64,000 nt of DNA from Nitrosopumilaceae archaeon (GTDB lineage: Archaea; Thermoproteota; Nitrososphaeria; Nitrososphaerales; Nitrosopumilaceae): positions 384,001 to 448,000 of the forward strand of contig CBDCCK010000002.1 of the NCBI GenBank assembly GCA_965214835.1, read 5' to 3'. Both the position numbers and the translations under genes were made by a program. The notes below the pieces were generated by a model. It had not been told where the DNA came from. It saw only the letters and a program-made list of their open reading frames with translations, and did not search any database. Below, piece by piece: positions 61,701-64,000 of the stretch (position 1 is the stretch's first letter; each line of letters opens with the position of its first letter).

Positions 61701-64000
61701 CATAGTCAGTATCAGGGGTGTAGGTTATCGTGGTATCATCATGCGTGGCGGCCCCGTTTGGCGGATCATCGACTGCCGATATTCTCGGGGTGTCGGCCAC
61801 GTCCGGATCCGATATGGCAGGTGTTATTATAACAGCCGTGTCCTCTGGTGTGGTTGCCGCATCATCAGGAGCTACCGGCGGATTGTTGGGCGTCTCTGCC
61901 TCCGCGCCCAGCCTCACTAGCTGGATGCCGTGGTCGTCATAGGAGGCCACTGCGGCGTAGGTGTTGCTGCCTATTGTAAAGACGTCCGCGGCGTAGGCGC
62001 CATCAAGCAGCAGATCACTTGTGTCGCCCAGACTGCCGGCATCGGTCGGATTGGCAGGATCCGATACATCTACAATCTGGAGGCCGTCGTCGGTTTCGGA
62101 GGCCACTGCAACGTAGGTGTTGGTGCCTATCGTAAATACTGCCACGCCGCTGGCGCCTTCAAGCAGCCTGGTGGTGTCATCTCCCAGGCTGCCGGCGGCG
62201 GCCGGATTGTCAGGATCCGATACATCTACAATCTGGAGGCCGTTGTCTGTAAAGGAGGCCACTGCGGCGTAGGTGTTGGTGTCTACCGTAAAGACTGCCA
62301 CGCCGCTGGCGCCTTCAAGCAGCCTGGTGGTGTCATCTCCCAGGCTGCCGGCGGCGGCCGGATTGTCAGGATCCGATACATCTACAATCTGGAGGCCGTC
62401 GTCGATTTCGGAGACCACTGCAATGTAGGTGCTGGTGCCTATCGTAAAGACGTCCGCGGTATAGGCGCCTTCAAGCAGCCTGGTGGTGTCATCTCCCAGG
62501 CTGCCGGCGGCGGCCGGATTGTCAGGATCCGATACATCTACAATCTGGAGGCCGTTGTCTGTAAAGGAGGCCACTGCGGCGTAGGTGTTGGTGTCTACCG
62601 TAAAGACTGCCACGCCGCTGGCGCCTTCAAGCAGCCTGGTGGTGTCATCTCCCAGGCTGCCGGCGGCGGCCGGATTGTCAGGATCCGATACATCTACAAT
62701 CTGGAGGCCGTCGTCGATTTCGGAGACCACTGCGGCGTAGGTGTTGGTGTCTACCGTAAAGACTGCCACGCCGCTGGCGCCTTCAAGCAGCCTGGTGGTG
62801 TCATCTCCCAGGCTGCCGGCGGCGGCCGGATTGTCAGGATCCGATACATCTACAATCTGGAGGCCGTCGTCGTCATAGGAGGCCACTGCGGCGTAGGTGT
62901 TGGTGTCTACCGTAAAGACTGCCACGCCGCTGGCGCCTTCAAGCTCCGTGGACGACGTGTCTTCCAGACTCCCGAGGCGTGCAGATATGAACTCGGGCTT
63001 TGTGATGTCGATCGGGTTGTCCGATGCCGTGTCTATGTCGTTTCCTGCCAGGTCCAATACGGCACCTGTTTTAATGTCAAGCTGTGGCGTCACCATAGGG
63101 GCAATCTGGTTCAGATGGGACTGGGTAAGCGTAAGCGATATGGTGGCAGAGTCGGCGGCGTTGCTGTCAAAGGCCGCCCCCGTCAGGGCTACCTCGTCGA
63201 TCCCGCCCGTGTCGCTGACGTACAGCATCGACAGATCCGTCTCGGAGACGTCTATGGTTTTACTGAAGGTGATCGTCATGGTGCCCGTACTCTCGCCGAG
63301 TGCCGCGGATGCGAATGTGGGCCTTACGGTATCGGCGGTGACCGTGATCGGGTTGTCAGGCACTGCGCCTATGTGGTTTACGAAGAGATCATATACCGCG
63401 GCGGCTCCTATGTCAAGCTGCGGGGTTCCCATCTGGATGATCCGGTTCAGATGGGCCTGGGTAAGCGTAAGCGATATGGTGGCAGAGTCGGCGGCGTTGC
63501 TGTCAAAGGCCGCCCCCGTCAGGGCTACCTCGTCGATCCCGCCCGTGTCGCTGACGTACAGCATCGACAGATCCGTCTCGGAGACGTCTATGGTCTCGCT
63601 GAAGGTGATCGTCATGGTGCCCGTGCCCTCGTCGAGTGCCGCGGATGCGAATGCCGGTGGCGTGATGTCGCTCAGTCTCGCTATCTGGATGCCGTTGTCG
63701 GCCCGAGAGGCTACCGCGGCGTAGGTGTTACCGCCTACTGCAAAGATGTCCACGCCGAAGGCACGGTCAAGCAGCAGCTCGCCGCCACCCGCGGTGTCCT
63801 TCAGCTGCCCGGCGGGCGCCGGGTTGTCGGGATCGGTGACATCTACAATCTGGAGGCCGTTGTCGGCAAAGGAAGTGACTGTGGCGTACGTGTTATCGCC
63901 CATTACAAAGACGGCCACGCCGCGGGATTTCTCAAGTAGCAGCTCATCGTCACCATCGCTTGCAGGTTCTGTATCTGCTAGATGTCCGGCGGGTGCCGGG
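52726..64000 (-). CDS. Giant surface protein, 5' end outside the window: LVIVD propellers, cadherin/Big_9-like, DUF5011-like Ig repeats, CFI-box-CTERM
   Basis: >3750 aa; frame stays open to 64000; GLQIVDVSDP repeats; DTTPPVIT..G...E.G..Y.DPGA units; GGSCLIATAAYG...REIRD...YY.FSP tail. Confidence 0.92.
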   Translation of the reverse strand, partial: PAPAGHLADTEPASDGDDELLLEKSRGVAVFVMGDNTYATVTSFADNGLQIVDVTDPDNPAPAGQLKDTAGGGELLLDRAFGVDIFAVGGNTYAAVASRADNGIQIARLSDITPPAFASAALDEGTGTMTITFSETIDVSETDLSMLYVSDTGGIDEVALTGAAFDSNAADSATISLTLTQAHLNRIIQMGTPQLDIGAAAVYDLFVNHIGAVPDNPITVTADTVRPTFASAALGESTGTMTITFSKTIDVSETDLSMLYVSDTGGIDEVALTGAAFDSNAADSATISLTLTQSHLNQIAPMVTPQLDIKTGAVLDLAGNDIDTASDNPIDITKPEFISARLGSLEDTSSTELEGASGVAVFTVDTNTYAAVASYDDDGLQIVDVSDPDNPAAAGSLGDDTTRLLEGASGVAVFTVDTNTYAAVVSEIDDGLQIVDVSDPDNPAAAGSLGDDTTRLLEGASGVAVFTVDTNTYAAVASFTDNGLQIVDVSDPDNPAAAGSLGDDTTRLLEGAYTADVFTIGTSTYIAVVSEIDDGLQIVDVSDPDNPAAAGSLGDDTTRLLEGASGVAVFTVDTNTYAAVASFTDNGLQIVDVSDPDNPAAAGSLGDDTTRLLEGASGVAVFTIGTNTYVAVASETDDGLQIVDVSDPANPTDAGSLGDTSDLLLDGAYAADVFTIGSNTYAAVASYDDHGIQLVRLGAEAETPNNPPVAPDDAATTPEDTAVIITPAISDPDVADTPRISAVDDPPNGAATHDDTTITYTPDTDYEGTDTFEYTISDGTDTAQGTITVTVTRDNNDPVLGTIGDRAATVGVQLTITPTITDDDTTDTHTYSISRGTLPAAAVFSTSDGTLVWTPVPADAGQTHTVTITVNDGRGGTDSETFDIAVGDAPPTLTLTPVGNIGDNPQLLLDGAHDVDTFQIGTNTYAAVVSESDNGLQIIDVTDPDNPTAAGSLGDTSDELLLVGARGVDIFKIGTNTYAAVASNHDDGIQIVNVTDPDNLTAAGSLKDDGSKLLDGAVSVSVFKIGGSTYAAVASHNEHGIQIVNVTDPDNPAAAGSLGDGTQTILNGPRSVDVFMIGGSTYAAVAAESNSNNGLQIVDVTDPDNPAAAGNLGDDTSTLLLGARGVDTFQIGTNTYAAVASNREHGLQIVDVTDPDNPAAAGNLGDDTSTLLRNARGVDTFQIGANTYAAVTSNNEDGLQIVDVTDPDSPTAAGSLGDDGTGGTLLLDGAGSVAVFKIGANTYAAVTSNSDDGLQLVRLDEAAETPNAPPVAPAATATTAEDTPVTITPAISDPDTSDTPTISAVENPPNGTTIHDGTTITYTPDADYEGTDTFGYTVSDGTDTAQGTITVTVTPDNNAPVLGTIGDQTATPGTQLTITPSVTDADPTDTHTYSISRGTLPAAAAFTTSDGRIAWTPVQADAGQTHTVTITVNDGRGGTDSETFDIAVAAGGDTTPPVITVTGADPLVHELGDTFVDPGATADDGSAVTADDSAVDFGNAGTYTITYMATDNDGNKGTATRDITIQDTTAPTITPNGKSSVAVVLGGTYTEQGATVSDNDPDYAGTVSIGGDTVDVSTAGIYVVTYTATADDAGNAPDAAERTVTVLDQSELTIALLENPAAAGQLEDTEGPGQLLLEHTRGVETFVTGGKTYAVVASFGDGGLQIVDVSDPDSPEAAGQLADTNSLLLGGASDVDIFAINARTYAAVTSITDGGLQIVDVTNPAGPSATGLLEDTLGGGIDLLLDDTTSVDTFTITDGTDDRTYAVVTSDNDGGLQIVNVTDPENPDAVGQVRDNGSRLLANTAGVAIFEADARTYAAVTSGSDGGLQIVNVTDPENPDAVGMLRDDNARLLGGTSGVAIFEADARTYAAVTSRGDGGLQIVDVTDPTAPSAAGQLRDDNARLLDDTIDVDIFTAGGRTYAAVTAVTDDAFDGLQIVDVTNPANPRDAGKLPNSSILLLHGASGVDTFVIGTSTYAAVTSGEDGGLQIAELAAADITAPAFSSATLDETTGMMSITFDETIDVSATDLSKLYVSDTGASDEVAMTDATFDDAVPDSETIQLVLTTAQLALVVPMDAPQLDIAAGAVSDPAGNAIGDEPDRAIVLAGANVAPVAPDVHVSAYKNTPVTIDPAMSDPDAADTPRISAVDDPPNGAVTHDDTAITYTPDTDYAGLDSFAYTVTDGTDTARGTVTVYVSLDLLKSPAAAGSLEDTDDEMTEGIITEEGLLLDNTRAVDTFRIGAGTYAAVVSFEDDGLQVVSMTDPAAPAPAGQLKDDESLLLDGAYDVAVFTIGGSTYAAVASNVDNGLQIVDISDPDNPAPAGNLEDVEEPDELFLHGATAVDTFVINGNTYAAVVSEHDGGLQIVDISDPDNPAPAGRLEDTAGMRLTRLVAVDTFVISDNTYAAVASYENNGLKIIDVTDPDNPEPAGQLRDDGDASLLLSTSFGIDTFTINGNTYAAVTSRSEGGLQIIDVTDPHNPAPAGRLTDDPSLLLRFTHGVDTFVLGNHTYAAVTSRGEDGLQIVDVSDPASPEDVGGLKDMSSLLLNDATGVKTFVAGNHTYAAVTSEKDGGLQTVRLSDIDTTPPVITVTGANPLTHELGDPYTDPGATTVDGSPVTADVSAVDTDTEGDYTVTYTATDPNGNEASDARTVQVRDTTPPVITLTGGDVTVELGGTYAEQGATVSDNDPAYAETVNADFSAVDTSLAGSYIVTYTASPDGANNTPDPVERRVTVQDTTNPVIAISGDSPLLHELGSPYSDPGATVTDNDPAYAGTVSIGGDAVNVDVTGTYVVTYTASPDGANNTPDPVERRVTVQDTTNPVIAISGDSPLLHELGSPYSDPGATVTDNDPAYAGTVATDDTAVNVNESGSYIVTYTASPDGANNTPDPVERRVTVQDTTKPVITVNGPPSLTLQLGSPYTEQGATVTDNDPAYAGTVSIGGDTVNVDVTGTYVVTYTASPDGAGLAPDPAERIVIVQDTAAPVITISGDSPLAHELGTAYDDPGATADDGSAVVTDDTAVDVTRRGDYHVTYTATDGEGNTGTAIRIVHVRDTLPPVITVSGDDPVTVELGDLYADAGATATDNDPAYDGTVTADTSAIDTGQAGTYTVTYAAADDGGNEATATRIVMIRDTTPPVITVSGDDPAVVELGGTYADAGATSTDNDPDYTDTVMTDTSAVDTGIAGNYTVTYAAADDGGNEATATRVVTVRDTTPPVIMPSGDDPFVSELGVPYVDPGAVVTDNDPAYRGTVSVDSAAVDTGTVGDYVVTYTASADAAGLAPDPVTRQVHVRDTSPPAFESATLDENTGAMTITFSKAVDVSATGLTLLHVSDVNQADMVPLAGAIFDFDSADVETLSLTLADSQMEQVIPMDMPQLDIAADAVSDLRGNLIDASPDNPITLTERVQVREDDGAGTGRINSGGGGGGGGGRTNVITSSAGVDLAYIASISWDCTAGLVTITAGPVSDDLSISIRTTESSVTKVTATGQTVGGLLAFTGPISQSETYIGVSAILQSGGGLSSDYESVNVDACVGQRTYDIPASLSVDIDTVGQPSDAIDEPQPPVPEPEPVVQPEPEPQPPVPEPEPVVQPEPEPQPPVPEPEPVVQPEPEPQPPVPEPEPVVQPEPTPAPMPGGSCLIATAAYGTEMASQVQALREIRDGALLSTDSGASFVAGFNSVYYMFSPAVADLERQSPAFREAVRIVISPMISTLSIMSLAEEGSESSVLALGASVIALNVGMYVAAPAAAIVAARRLHAQAK
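53130..53331 (-). repeat. 51-bp tandem repeat x4 (PQPPVPEPEPVVQPEPE stalk)
   Basis: Near-identical units directly before the CFI-box tail. Confidence 0.9.
62030..62945 (-). repeat. 156-bp near-identical LVIVD repeats
   Basis: aagcagcctggtggtgtcatctcccagg at 62161, 62317, 62473, 62629, 62785. Confidence 0.92.
63000..63660 (-). repeat. 336-bp tandem domain duplication
   Basis: ctgggtaagcgtaagcgatatgg at 63121 and 63457. Confidence 0.85.

Noticed and set aside
53130-62945. Tandem repeats as a CRISPR array
   Set aside because: Unit lengths are multiples of 3 inside one ORF, with no unique spacers and no cas genes
61920-62945. Diversity-generating retroelement TR/VR pair
   Set aside because: No reverse transcriptase in the window, differences are not adenine-specific, and all copies are coding
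61930-63939. 669-aa plus-strand ORF and other long ORFs opposite the adhesin, urease, dur3, rpo and transketolase genes
   Set aside because: Antisense shadows of GC-rich or repetitive coding sequence with no protein motifs

Overview
Chromosomal window from an ammonia-oxidising archaeon, most likely Nitrosopumilaceae. The taxon call rests on unsplit rpoA, the rpoH-rpoB-rpoA order, PEFG-CTERM and CFI-box-CTERM surface proteins and a transketolase-Rpe fusion. Relatively high GC, a giant LVIVD adhesin and a heavy IS/MITE load suggest a host (e.g. sponge)-associated lineage; this is inference only. Contents in order: (1) a ~17 kb urea-utilisation island with ureABC, ureEFGD, two DUR3-type transporters (one followed by a Cys-rich membrane protein and a free USP, the other fused to a USP domain), an Lrp regulator and an orphan ParB; it is interrupted by an ISH3-like IS, a truncated HD phosphohydrolase and an SDH/ClpP-like protease cassette; (2) RNA polymerase genes, with a repeat-flanked 75-bp in-frame insert in rpoB; (3) four PEFG-CTERM genes; (4) GGR plus MoxR/vWA, cysteine synthase-rhodanese plus ASCH, and Lrp-domain genes; (5) an AT-rich toxin-antitoxin islet; (6) non-oxidative pentose phosphate genes; (7) a DinG/XPD-like helicase split by an IS66 element; (8) the 3' 11 kb of a giant repeat surface protein. 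Intergenic DNA holds at least five families of 60-126 bp MITE-like elements, often stacked or nested. I found no tRNA, rRNA or CRISPR array. All alignments were done by eye and no database searches were run.
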